Positions 1 to 11,144 of a stretch of DNA of 64,000 bases are shown one piece after another. The notes beneath the pieces are model-generated. The model saw only the letters and a program-made list of their open reading frames with translations. It made no database searches and was not told the origin of the DNA. Made by a program: the position numbers and the translations under genes. Within the stretch, counting starts at the first letter, position 1. Each line of letters opens with the position of its first letter. Source of the DNA: Oopsacas minuta (taxonomy: Eukaryota > Animalia > Porifera); contig JAKMXF010000365.1 in the NCBI GenBank assembly GCA_024704765.1, forward strand, positions 434,001-498,000. Direction: 5' to 3'.

Positions 1-2728
1 TTCTAGAAATAGACGCTGAAGAATCTTGAGTGAAAGCACGACTGTAGGAGTTTGTAGTTTGTTGTTTGTCTGATACATAGCTGTGACGTGGTGTCGTGTA
101 ACTACGAGGGACACTATAACTACGTGTAAGAGAGCTATCATGAGATTCTGGACTAGAAAATCCTTTGAATGAGTTTGTAAGTGACTCGAGTTGACGCCGT
201 AAACTTCTGCGTTGCTCAATATTATTATGTGGTATATTCATGATATAGGCTAAGGTCTCGTAAGTAAAGCTTGGTTCCAGACACATAAGGGCTCCATGTA
301 CCCCTGAACTCAGTACTTGATCAGCATACTCCATCATGTCAATAGACTGTAGCCATGTGTAGATACGTTCGTTATCCCAACATACTGGTTCTGTATTCAA
401 ACTCTCCAGCCACAGATCTTTATTAAAGTTGAAATGTTTCAATAGTTTTATTCCGCTAATTAGACTCAGCTGATCAATACGTGGCGCTATTTTCAACAAT
501 TCATCTGCTTCTCTCTTTCCTAGAGATCTCAGGACACGTCCATCCACGAGATTAGAGTAGAAAAGTTTGGAATAGTTCGATAGACCTAGTCTAGGTAGCC
601 AAATTTGAGCAACCCAGTAGTGATCCATCTCATGAATAGAGGGGTGTAGATTGTTCTGAGGCCTTCTGCAGTCCTCTATAGCTAATTGTAGCTTCCGTTT
701 ATGTACAGGATTAGCTATGCCCAGCTGTGTCTCATAATCTGCATCACTAAGTTCTAGCAGAGTCTGTCCAGACTGTATAACTTGTAGAGCAGATTGTAAA
801 TACTTAGTCATACCCAGTCTCACATCCATCCAAGCTAACACTGTTATTTGATTCCATCTACTTATGTGAACTTTTCTGGTCTCCTCCAATAGGCCATTCT
901 TCCTCTCTTCAGAGCCAAATATTGATTTAGTTAGAGATGAGTAGGACCTCTGGAGCTTGGGGGAAATGTGGACAACAGCTGGAGGGGGTGGGGGAGCGGG
1001 TGCCTCTCTGTGAGGGGTTGGGGTACTCATGGTAACGTCCAAGAGCTTGTGCTTTCCACTGTTTGAAGGCTGAGGGGGTAGATTTGAGTAGGTGGGGGCT
1101 TGAATATGAGTAGAGGTTCTGTTACCACCATTTGCAGGCTTCTTTCTTCTGTTACGACTGAAAATTCTAGATAGAGAATTGCTAAATATATTTCCATGAT
1201 TATTATGTGTAGTAGTAGCAGGAATGTTATCCCTTTCTTTCCCGTTAGCATTCATACTTCTAGATCTGCCCCGGGTCATTTGGTTCTCCTCTAATGCTTT
1301 CTGTCTGTAGGGGAGAGGAGGGGACATGTGTTCCTCTGATCTGGATGTCTTCAAGTGAGAACTGTTTCTTTTCTCAGACATTCTAAAGCTTGAAAACTGA
1401 CCTTTATATGGTATAACTGCAGGTTTGTAATTCAAGTCTCTGTCTAGAGATTTAGTCAGGCTAGAGTCAGTATAGCTATGGTGCTTCTTCCATGAGGGAG
1501 GTCCTACTGTAGCGTATTGAGGGGAAGCTTCAGGAAAATTACCTGTTTTTACATTAGAATATTGTTTGTTATTATTTTTCTTAGGAATCTCTCCCACTCC
1601 TGTAGCTTTATGCTGAAAGCTCTTATTAGGTTTAGCATACTCACTCGCACTGCTGGTCCCCTCGCTTCCCACAACACTGCTTGGTTGTATGTTACTGAAA
1701 CTGTGTGATTCTACTTGGGAAGAGGCATGTCCTCCGTACGAATGCTGTGATTTATTTCTCCAACTAGATTCTGTGGGAGATCTAGTTTGTCTGACACGTT
1801 CCTGTGTTTTCTTCTGCAATTGCTCTAATTCTGATCTAAGTATTACAGTAGTTTCTTCTTGCTCCTGAGATTTAGTAGCAAGTTCTCCTTTCTCTATCTC
1901 CAGCAATCTCTTATCATTCAGTGATGTATTTAACAGCTCGTCCTTCTCTGCTAATCTCCTGTCATAACTCTTCATTAAGGTAGTTGTCTCCCCCTCCTTC
2001 TCGTCCAGGGCAGAGTACAGCTGTTTGAGAGTACCAACTAGGTCCTGTTTATCATTTTTGAGCTTTTTCTTCTCACTACGGAGAATATTAACTTCCTCTC
2101 TCAATCTGTTAATCTCCAAATCTGACACACCCAAGTTCATCTTCAGATTGTCCTGTTTTAGTCCATCATACCTCTTCCCTGCCTCCCTTATAGATTCTAA
2201 TCTCCTCTCAAATCCAGCTATTTCATCTTTTAACCGGGACTTTGCATCTGTCAGAAGTCTTATTTCTCTGTTCAGATTCTCTCTTTCACTTCCAGAAGAA
2301 TTCGAATCACCCATAGCATTGGCTTCATTTTGTTTGCCAGATTTTGCTTGATGCAATTGCTTCTTTAGATTCTCAGCATGTAGTGAAGTAGAGCTGAGTG
2401 CTGAAGCTAGCTGCTGATTTATTTTAATGTTCTGTGATTCAGTATTCAGTTGTCTGTCTTTCTCCTCTAATAGCAGAGATTTGACATGTATCAGACTGGT
2501 ATGTAAGGATTCTCTCTCTTGTCTCCCTAGGTGAGAGGAACTTGAGCTGGAGAAAGGGACTTCCCAGCGCTCAGGACTCGTGGGGCCAGATTTCCTCTCC
2601 TCGAGGCTGTTCTCTCGTCTGCTCACATGTTCGTGAGTAGAAGTGTCACTCTGTTTGAGGGAGCTTGTAAGCTCTGTTAACAGGTCAATAGCGTCACTGA
2701 GGCACAAACTTTGACTTTGTGATAACAT
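1..2728 (-). CDS. KAZN: Kazrin / liprin-gamma-like protein (coiled coil + three SAM domains); 3' end runs off the window
   Basis: My translation gives one open frame from ATG 2728 to the window edge (>=909 codons). It is absent from the ORF track, probably because no stop lies in the window. Motifs: DLVGTLKQLYSALDEKEGE (kazrin coiled coil); SAM1 HISRWNQITVLAWMDVRLGM...HKRKLQLAIED; SAM2 WVAQIWLPRLGL...LVDGRVL; SAM3 SGVHGALMCLEPSFTYETLAYIMNIP. An extra upstream exon cannot be excluded. Confidence 0.85.
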   Translation of the reverse strand, partial: MLSQSQSLCLSDAIDLLTELTSSLKQSDTSTHEHVSRRENSLEERKSGPTSPERWEVPFSSSSSSHLGRQERESLHTSLIHVKSLLLEEKDRQLNTESQNIKINQQLASALSSTSLHAENLKKQLHQAKSGKQNEANAMGDSNSSGSERENLNREIRLLTDAKSRLKDEIAGFERRLESIREAGKRYDGLKQDNLKMNLGVSDLEINRLREEVNILRSEKKKLKNDKQDLVGTLKQLYSALDEKEGETTTLMKSYDRRLAEKDELLNTSLNDKRLLEIEKGELATKSQEQEETTVILRSELEQLQKKTQERVRQTRSPTESSWRNKSQHSYGGHASSQVESHSFSNIQPSSVVGSEGTSSASEYAKPNKSFQHKATGVGEIPKKNNNKQYSNVKTGNFPEASPQYATVGPPSWKKHHSYTDSSLTKSLDRDLNYKPAVIPYKGQFSSFRMSEKRNSSHLKTSRSEEHMSPPLPYRQKALEENQMTRGRSRSMNANGKERDNIPATTTHNNHGNIFSNSLSRIFSRNRRKKPANGGNRTSTHIQAPTYSNLPPQPSNSGKHKLLDVTMSTPTPHREAPAPPPPPAVVHISPKLQRSYSSLTKSIFGSEERKNGLLEETRKVHISRWNQITVLAWMDVRLGMTKYLQSALQVIQSGQTLLELSDADYETQLGIANPVHKRKLQLAIEDCRRPQNNLHPSIHEMDHYWVAQIWLPRLGLSNYSKLFYSNLVDGRVLRSLGKREADELLKIAPRIDQLSLISGIKLLKHFNFNKDLWLESLNTEPVCWDNERIYTWLQSIDMMEYADQVLSSGVHGALMCLEPSFTYETLAYIMNIPHNNIEQRRSLRRQLESLTNSFKGFSSPESHDSSLTRSYSVPRSYTTPRHSYVSDKQQTTNSYSRAFTQDSSASISR

Positions 2729-3130
2729 ACTAATGTATTTGTAATTAGAATAATTAGATATGAACTGAATCCAGGAAGGTTCAATGATAGAATCTTAAGA
2801 ATAGTGGTTAGGCAATATCGGCTGGAAAACTTTCATACTTTATCAATTCTTACTGGTAATCAGGCTTCTCATGGTATTTGCATTACATAAATATTATTGA
2901 TATATGAGGTGTGAAATGAATTCGTATTGTATAAGTGGGTAAAAATACAAATGGAATAGTCATCTTTTACGATGCATATTGTTGTGTATAGTCTAAAATA
3001 CATTAAGTAAACATATACATAAATTTACAAACACACCAATAAAAACACATAAAAAATCAAATTAAAATTTTGGATAATATTCACTACAAGTCTCATGCAA
3101 AATTAGAAATACCGTGTTTTGTTATATGTG

Positions 3131-6100
3131 TTATGTTAGTTGTTGAACATAGTTCTCGAGATTCTTGTAAGAGCGTAGCAAAATACTGCTCAGTGTTTGA
3201 TCTATCAAGTACTGTGGTAGCCATCCCTGAAAAGTATTAGATAAATATTAAAGGAAATATACAACAGTAAATTACCTACCTTGAGAGATGTGTCTAATAT
3301 CCATATGAATGTACACGCATTAGGTCTGGATAGGATGGGCTGTATAATGTAACCTCCTGGTCCATTCTCTCCCCTATAGGTCCATCAATTACAACAGAAT
3401 TTCAAATACGTTTAATTGATCTAATTCTACCTGATTAATCCTGGTTTAGGTGGACATCCTGGAAAATCAACTGACCGTCCTACAATGTAATAGCTTCCAT
3501 TCTTCCTTGCTCTAATACGAACTTGTACAAAATCTCTACAAACAAATAAAATATTGCTTTTATAGTAGGCTGATATCTTGATCTGCTTCCAAGTGGATTA
3601 ATAATTCTGAATTACAAATTTGCAAGTCATACGCAGCAATAAAAGAGATTGTTAAACAAACCACGTATTGGTAAGTTAATTAACCTATAATCCATCAACT
3701 TATATACTAATTGCATTCTTTAGGAATGTTTATGTAAGTTCCCCGTAGGATTCTCAATATTATGATATGTATTCTGTCAATAGAAAATCTACATTTAGGT
3801 GGAAATCAGAAATGATGTCCTTCACAAGAATCGCTTTACCACTAGTAGGGAACAATAGTATCAAATTCCAACTGAATAGATGTGTAGCTAACAAGAAAAG
3901 ATTGCAAGGCAGATTAAGAGATAACATCTACATATATGTAGTAGCCGGGTCAGGTGGACAGGGGATAGAGAAACTAGGAAAGATAGGAGGAGATGGCGGG
4001 AGTGTATACGCTGTTGCTGAGAGGAGGACCAGCTTAGAGCAATTAGTTAGATTTAAAAATAAGTTCGTAGGAAGTTCAGGAGATCATGCCGATTGGAAAC
4101 GTCTCAGAAGCAAATCAGGAAGGGACCTATACCTCCCTGTACCCCGTGGTACCGTAGTATGGAGGGCTGACGGATCCCAATTGACAGATTTGAATCGTGA
4201 AGGACAGGAGGTGTTGTTAGTAAGGGGAGGGAAGGGAGGAGGACCTGATAATATAAGTTGGACTGGTGGAAGAGGAAATAGGTCGCATTTTAGATTCGAA
4301 CTCAAGTTGATTGCTGACTCAGGTTTAGTTGGCTATCCCAATGCAGGGAAGTCAACACTGCTTAACAAGATATCCAGAGCTACACCCAAAATAGCAGATT
4401 ACCCCTTCACAACATTAAGGCCGCATCTAGGATCCGTCTGGTATCCAGATAACAAGAATGTGACGGTAGCAGATCTACCTGGTCTGATCGAAGGGGCACA
4501 CTTAGACAGAGGGATGGGACATAAATTCTTGAGACACATAGAACGTACCAACTGTTTAGTATTCATGGTAGACATAAACGGATATAAGCATAGCCTGACA
4601 CATCCATTTATCTCACCTCTGAGAGCGATAATAAATTTGGGGGTGGAACTGGACCTTTATCTTCCTGGACTATGTGAGAGAGAATCTATCCTGTTAGTGA
4701 ATAAAATGGACTCTGAAGGAGCTGAGGAGAAATACGATAATTTGCTCAATGATTTGAAATCGTATATGGGAACAGAGCACAGAGTGCAATTTCCAATGTT
4801 TCAGAATATCCTACCTATCTCTGCGAAATATTCGCAAGGATTAGACGAATTCAAGACTGCACTGAAAGAAATAATAGAAACAATAAACATAGAAAAACAA
4901 AGAGAGAGAGAAGAACAGATATCAGCTGATTCAAATGACGATATTAGTTTTGAAATGAAAAAATAAATATTCTATCAAATATTCTATTATTATAAATTAA
5001 TGGTATCAAATAGCTTACCTCTGTTGGACCATGCCTCCAGGAGGTTTAGATGATACTATATAAATCAGATCTGTATCACCATCAATTGGTTTCAAGATCT
5101 ATATGAAGGAATTCCCGAATTAGTAATGTGTCTTATTACTTGCGACAAATCGAATACTGACCTGGATCTCTGATACTTCAGGATTCCATCTTGATTGGTA
5201 AACAACTTCATCATACAGCTTATTGTATATTAACGTAGCGTTTACAGGTAATTCTCCCTAGAATTAATAACTTGTCAAAATACATATGCTATGCTCGTGT
5301 AATAATAAGCAATACAATCAATAACAAAAAGAACCCTTGTCATGCTTAATGATGCTTCGCATCAATTTGAGTGACTCCGTTAGAGAATGTCTCACCTGGC
5401 ACTTGTATATCTTGCCCTTAATTCCTTGCTTGCTGTGACAAACAGTATTATTCTATACGAGAAAATCTGCATCATCTAGTTAGTAGATATTTAGGTACAT
5501 ATTAATACGAATAACTCACAAGTTTATTTTCCATTTTCCAACCATTAGATGAGATTAGGTTGGAAATAATCTGTATGCATTCTTCTGACGTGTTTTTGTA
5601 TAAAACATCTTCCTGAAATAACCAATAATGTATGTTAATACAGCTACCATTGACAATTCATATAATACATTAATATTATTAATATATGCTTATTCATGCA
5701 GGCTAGACAGCTGGTAGCGTATTAATTATTTGCCAGATTAATGTATAATACATCTGTAAAATCGATCAATGAAGTATGCTTCACCGACTTCAAACAAGAC
5801 CTCAATGACTAGCTATAGCTATTCCTAACTAATATGTTGCTGCACTTTTCATGTGCATAAAGTATAGCAAATCTCAAAGATTGTAAAGACAAAAGATATC
5901 AGCCATATATGTCTCAAAGCTCTATAACATTACCAAGTAATGAACAAGCTTACTTGATTAAATGAAAGTACCTCGTTAAGAAGGATAGGTTCTGCTCCTC
6001 TTGTGGGTATAGGTAGATGTACTGGCTCTGGAGAACCTGTATTGAATAATACAGAATAAACATGTAGTCAGTGTTATATACTTAATTAATCCAGAATTAT

Positions 6101-8313
6101 ATTAGAGTTTATTGATGACAAATAAATATCTACATTTAGTGGGTCAAATCGTAGAAATTAATGACAAATAATCAGAAAAGTAGAAATAACGAATCAAAAT
6201 CGAGTAATCAAGCATTCAGTGGTTAATCTTACAAAGAAATATAGAAATGCAATTAATCTATCAATTATATACCCGAATAATTACCTCTTAAACTTTGGTC
6301 TGGAGAATGAAATTCATCTCTGTCAGATATTCTAAATGAATAATGGGGTAATTAATGAATTAATTCAGAAGAGTGATACTTACTGTATTCTAGAACCTTC
6401 GTACATTAAAGGTTGATTGCTATGGTTGTTGAGTAGTGGCTCTCTCTCTGCAGGAACCCCGTCTATTAATCACATGACAAATAACATTAATATTAACAGA
6501 TAACTTAAGTTTCATTATTTTATAAGAGCCTTTACCTACATCTCTTATCGTCTGGTATATTGGTGTCTTTTTGTTTATATACTGATCGTAATATGACAGG
6601 AATCCTTTAGGGAAGGATACACGCGATTCTGCTGGTCGGTACTAGAGTAGAAAGGAGTTAATTCAAATATGAATCCTCACTAGCATCCACGAGAAGCCAG
6701 TTCCCAATACAAACTTCATATATCCTGTTACGTAATGAGACTTACTGCTATCTCGAATAATATGAGGGTGATCCAATGAATGATCAGGGAGATTAACATG
6801 AAGGCATATTCCAACACGACTGGAAAGCCAAACTCTTCCTAAATATGAGAATACTGGAATAAGAATTAAATAAAGCGTAGAGTAAAATGTCTTCAATAAT
6901 GTATATTATTCCTTGCTATTTATCAGAACTAGAAAAATCAATAGGCAAAATAGTTCAAAAATCATGTGGAGACTAGCATATAATTGCTAGAAATGTATAG
7001 AATTTGTAGTTAGATGAGTTCTTATTTATGGCGAGGAATCGAATATTATTTATCGTATCAATATTAGCATGTTGCTATTAACTAACCCTTGCAGATAATA
7101 TTATTTTTACAGCAGTATATACGGTAGTAACTAAAACTGTCAGCTGGAGAAACAATAATAATACATTCGTAACGACACAATACAAATGACATAATAATCT
7201 TGTACGTATACACTCACCCCTATGGCTATCCTAGATGTACTTCTACAAGCAGAATAAGCTACCAACAAGACCAACATCCGCCATAACACTATAAACTAAA
7301 TAATTATACAAACCATAATAGGTAGAGTTCAAATCAAAGGAGATTGATGCAAAATAGTACAACTATTCAATGCAAAGTTGGAATTGGGTTTGTATTGGGT
7401 CGAGCTCAAAGACCAAGGCCCTTTGACAATGCATGAAATGGTCGGCTATGATAAAGTAATTACACCCAATTCGAACTATGAAACGCTAGAATAATACAAA
7501 TTACCATCACATCATAGAGAGATGTTTTAAACCCAGAATTAAGTACATCATGTTCGAAAGCTTCTAGACTAAAATATACATCAATAAACGTGTTCTTCTA
7601 AAAGATAAATAAATAATCATAATAAATAATAGCAAACTCTCTATATATAGTTAGCCTCAGTTTGGCCATTCATTCCATAAACTAATCACCTGGTAATCTA
7701 TACACTTACAGCCACAAAAATGCTACACATTGCTATTCGTCTCACTAGAGACTTAGAGACATGAATATTAGCAGTTGTTTATTCAATAATTGCAGAGTTA
7801 ACGTAGATCATAGTTCGCATTCAATTAGAAACATTCCAGGAAGGATAATTACAAATAAATGAGTTACATGACAGATTATATTCAGAAGGTTTTGTGAATT
7901 GTGTTTTCTTTGTGAGTCTAATAATCATAAATAGACACGATAACTATGAAATGCTTCGTTAATCTGAACCCAAAGGAAATCCGATAAAAAGGTTAAAGAG
8001 GGCAAACAACTTTTCTGTGCACAGATAATCACTATATTCTAATATACTTAGTTGGTAGCTAAAATATAGTAATACAGAAATCTAATAGCAAAATAACATT
8101 ACCATAAGCTATAGCACAGAATGACACACTGTACTAATCTACTACTACCATCTACCCCAAACAATTGTATTGCAAACTTACAGCACTTGATCTTATTAGT
8201 ATAACCACAACATAAAACAGTGCCAGAGCGAAGAATTCTAGAACGATGAGAACTGTGAATGAGCGCCAGTAAGATATTGGTTGATTGTGTGTATTTCTGT
8301 TTCTTTGAGTCAT
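3131..8313 (-). CDS. STARD3: STARD3/MLN64-like sterol transfer protein (MENTAL TM region + START domain), multi-exon
   Basis: Phase-consistent GT-AG exons 5612-5520, 5452-5396, 5257-5162, 5098-5019, 3535-3431, 3373-3280, 3226-3131 encode a START domain ([64 protein letters not shown]). MENTAL-like TM exons: 8313-8182 ([17 protein letters not shown]), 7288-7218, 7143-7087. Exons between 6900 and 8180 are only partly resolved. Confidence 0.85.
3767..4966 (+). CDS. GTPBP10: Obg-family GTPase, GTPBP10/ObgH2-like; intronless and nested in a STARD3 intron
   Basis: 399-aa ORF with a Gly-rich Obg fold and G1 GYPNAGKS, G2 YPFTT, G3 DLPG, G4 NKMD. LKLIAD and [13 protein letters not shown] resemble GTPBP10. 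Confidence 0.9.
   Translation: MYSVNRKSTFRWKSEMMSFTRIALPLVGNNSIKFQLNRCVANKKRLQGRLRDNIYIYVVAGSGGQGIEKLGKIGGDGGSVYAVAERRTSLEQLVRFKNKFVGSSGDHADWKRLRSKSGRDLYLPVPRGTVVWRADGSQLTDLNREGQEVLLVRGGKGGGPDNISWTGGRGNRSHFRFELKLIADSGLVGYPNAGKSTLLNKISRATPKIADYPFTTLRPHLGSVWYPDNKNVTVADLPGLIEGAHLDRGMGHKFLRHIERTNCLVFMVDINGYKHSLTHPFISPLRAIINLGVELDLYLPGLCERESILLVNKMDSEGAEEKYDNLLNDLKSYMGTEHRVQFPMFQNILPISAKYSQGLDEFKTALKEIIETINIEKQREREEQISADSNDDISFEMKK
4962..4967 (+). promoter_or_regulatory. Putative poly(A) signal AATAAA overlapping the GTPBP10 stop codon
   Basis: AATAAA at 4962-4967 contains the TAA stop (4964-4966). Only 52 bp remain before the antisense STARD3 exon at 5019. Confidence 0.35.
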
Positions 8314-9392
8314 TTTACTTGAATTGATCTAGTTCTACTGGTTATTAGCTGGACAAGAGGTAAGGATCTATTTACTGTAGTTAATTATGTTGCATTAGTT
8401 GTAGATAGTGTTATTTTAGTTCTAAACAGCAACATAAGCAATACATTACTTAACTGGTGATAGTTCAAGGGCAGTGAATGCAATTTATATTATCTGTCAC
8501 TAACTTTGTTCGCAGTAAATGAGGTATGACACTAATCATCACTAGTGAAATAGCATTGTAAGGCTATCTTTATATTTATAGGGGAAATTTCGGCAAAACG
8601 ATTGATGTCACATTATTTCACTGCATATGAACAACAAATAGCGAATTACGAATCGTGTATTAGAACAGGTATAAGAAATGTACCCAATTCATCGAACGAT
8701 ATTTGTTGCATCGCCATAAAGAACAAACATTTTAGGGATAATTTTACTTATTCAATTCCTTGATCTTGATGCCAGGGGGGGGGGGGGTAATTAACTTTTA
8801 GGACAATTTTCAAACTTGACCCGTACAATGTCACTTTTATCTGATAAGAAAACGCATATAATTGAATCCCAGAAAATGAACTAACACATTCAAATAATTT
8901 AATAATTTTAGTGACTATCTCACTAATATTAGAGAACATGAAATTCACATCTGTATTTTGCCTCAGGATAATGTATCAGCAGCCAAAATTAGTTTGTAGT
9001 GGAGCTTGGTGAAAAAGTTATATGACGATTTTATCACATGTACCATGGATATACATATTTCTTAAAATCACTCTAAAGTTGTTGTTTTTTCGTTCGAATT
9101 AATTTAGGTAATTCTCCAACGGAAAAATACACAAATTCGATCGAACCAATTTATAACATATGTGAATATTGTGAAAATATTTATTCAAAACAATTTCTGT
9201 CATATTGTATCAATTAAGAGCCACTCAGCCAATAGAACCCTCTCAACACTAAAAAAAGGGAATCGAAATCACTTTATTTTCGCTACGATGTTTTAATGCT
9301 TCCATTCACGCTTAATAGAAAATTAAGAAAATACTCTAATTTTGCTGCTCATTGTAACTTGAGTGTATTGATGGTAACTTCTTGAGGAGAGT

Positions 9393-11144
9393 TCAGGTGG
9401 CTGAACCGACTAGTGACAGGTTCTGATACTCACCTTGAGAAAGCGGAGATTGGTAGGAAGACATCGGACTCTCCTGATGGTTATTAAAGGTAGTCACTTT
9501 ATCTGTATTATTTGTATCTACATTGTATACGATATCTTTTAACGCATTATCAACTATCCCTGATTCTTGACCTGAACCAGGAGACATTATCTGACTAGAC
9601 ACAGGAATGTTTGTGTTATTAGTGAGAGGAAGTGAGTTTGATATATTTGACGTGAGTAGAGGGCTATTAATTGGCATCTGAAGGGATGGATGTGGACGGT
9701 CATATGGTCCAGTAATATTGTTTGGTGACGTCATTGTATTTGGATCCATCATACCGTACATATTGGCTTCTGGTGAGGTTCCTGGTGGTAATATTCCTAG
9801 TGTAGGGTCGTATTGATCAGTCGGAGGCATGTCTATCGCATCTAGCATTTTAGTGAGCTCCAGGTCGTCCCATTGCTCTGCATAATCTGTGTATAAATTA
9901 TCTGGATAGTAGAACTGATCGTTAGTATAGTTGTTAGTAGGTTGTGGCATTGGAGAGAGAGGTGTTTGGAGAGGAGGAGGAGGAACAGAATTTGGCATGT
10001 TATGATAGTTACTAGGTGGAGGTATAAGCTGGTTGTATTGAGACATCATGTGGTAATTATTGGGTATGTATGGAGGTGGAGCGATTAAAGGAGTATTGTA
10101 CACTGAATCAACATGGCCATTCTGCATTTGCATAGGTTGTGGTGTGTGTGGCCATTGCTCGGGAGAAAGAAGAGGCATTTGAAGAGAATTCATTTGCATA
10201 ATTTCAGTTCCATTCTGAATACCATCATCTCCTGACAAATTGTTAGATACATTGTTATCTACAATATTATTTTCTTGTAAATTATTTTGTAATGTTTCTG
10301 GTTGTGTAGCGAGTGGATCTTCTTCGTGATTGGTGAGAACATTCTGTGAAGGATTTTCAGTTTCCTCAGGTATCGGTTTGGTTATACTAGCTTTTGGAGT
10401 TATCTTGAATGGTTCGAACTTCTTGTCCACGTTGACTCCACTCGCTTCCATTAGTGTCTTGTCTATTTTTCGGATAGAAGGTGTAGAGAAGTGTCTGGGA
10501 GCTTTGCTAGACAGTTTATTCGTATGTGTTACTATTCTGTTTCTGCTAGCTACATCAGTCTCAGAGTCTGCTTCGAGATGAGTACTCTTGATACGGACTC
10601 GCTTGCTCGTGAATATATCTCTTTCTCTCAGATCTCCGTTCTTGTAAATGTTTATTGATTCTTCTTGTGTGAGAGAGTTACTTCGAAAAGATCGTTTATT
10701 CCCTCGCATCCACAATTTGAATTGAAGTATCGAATCTTCAGTTAAATCACTTATACTATTTCTTTTAGAATGTCCATCTTCTCTGGGCATAGTTGGCATT
10801 TTTTGTACTTCTACTGGTACCACGATTGGCATGCTAGTCGGGTATTTCTTCATAGTATTCCCACTCGTAGTCTTCTGTGGGGATGATACTTTGAGTTCTG
10901 TCAGTTCACGTGATACGACAGAGCTATGAAGATCATCAGACATTGAAACTGGGTAAGGACAAGTCTCATTAGAACAAAGATACATTGCTTCATTCCCTCC
11001 TATTTGAAATAATTGTAGTCTTGACTTACGCCCTGAATTGAGACATAGCAAGCACCATACTTTGTCTCTTTTACGTGACCGTGTGTGTCGACTCGTGTTA
11101 CCCTCTAACAATCCCGTGCCTCCATTCCCTTGATTGGCTGCCAT
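9393..11144 (-). CDS. Unknown intronless protein with a USPL1-like N-terminal CxxC...CxxxxC domain and a Pro/Asn/Gln-rich low-complexity C-terminus
   Basis: Long ORF; the first real ATG is at 11144 (the track starts at a TTG). WCLLCLNSGRKSRLQLFQIGGNEAMYLCSNETCPYPV resembles, from memory, the USPL1 N-terminal YCPAC...IFLCEDLQCIYPL. No peptidase domain is visible. Confidence 0.7.
   Translation of the reverse strand: MAANQGNGGTGLLEGNTSRHTRSRKRDKVWCLLCLNSGRKSRLQLFQIGGNEAMYLCSNETCPYPVSMSDDLHSSVVSRELTELKVSSPQKTTSGNTMKKYPTSMPIVVPVEVQKMPTMPREDGHSKRNSISDLTEDSILQFKLWMRGNKRSFRSNSLTQEESINIYKNGDLRERDIFTSKRVRIKSTHLEADSETDVASRNRIVTHTNKLSSKAPRHFSTPSIRKIDKTLMEASGVNVDKKFEPFKITPKASITKPIPEETENPSQNVLTNHEEDPLATQPETLQNNLQENNIVDNNVSNNLSGDDGIQNGTEIMQMNSLQMPLLSPEQWPHTPQPMQMQNGHVDSVYNTPLIAPPPYIPNNYHMMSQYNQLIPPPSNYHNMPNSVPPPPLQTPLSPMPQPTNNYTNDQFYYPDNLYTDYAEQWDDLELTKMLDAIDMPPTDQYDPTLGILPPGTSPEANMYGMMDPNTMTSPNNITGPYDRPHPSLQMPINSPLLTSNISNSLPLTNNTNIPVSSQIMSPGSGQESGIVDNALKDIVYNVDTNNTDKVTTFNNHQESPMSSYQSPLSQGEYQNLSLVGSAT

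Noticed and set aside
3767-4966. Bacterial obgE from horizontal transfer or contamination
   Set aside because: The sequence has the shortened Obg fold and motifs of eukaryotic GTPBP10, and its composition matches the neighbouring genes.
6663-6896. 77-aa ORF as an independent gene
   Set aside because: It lies within the STARD3-like gene on the same strand and is likely a mixture of exon and intron sequence.
8600-9260. 66-aa ORF, a 13-G run at 8775-8787 and transposon-like phrases
   Set aside because: I could not find matching terminal repeats, a target duplication or protein motifs. It may be a repeat relic, but this is unsupported.
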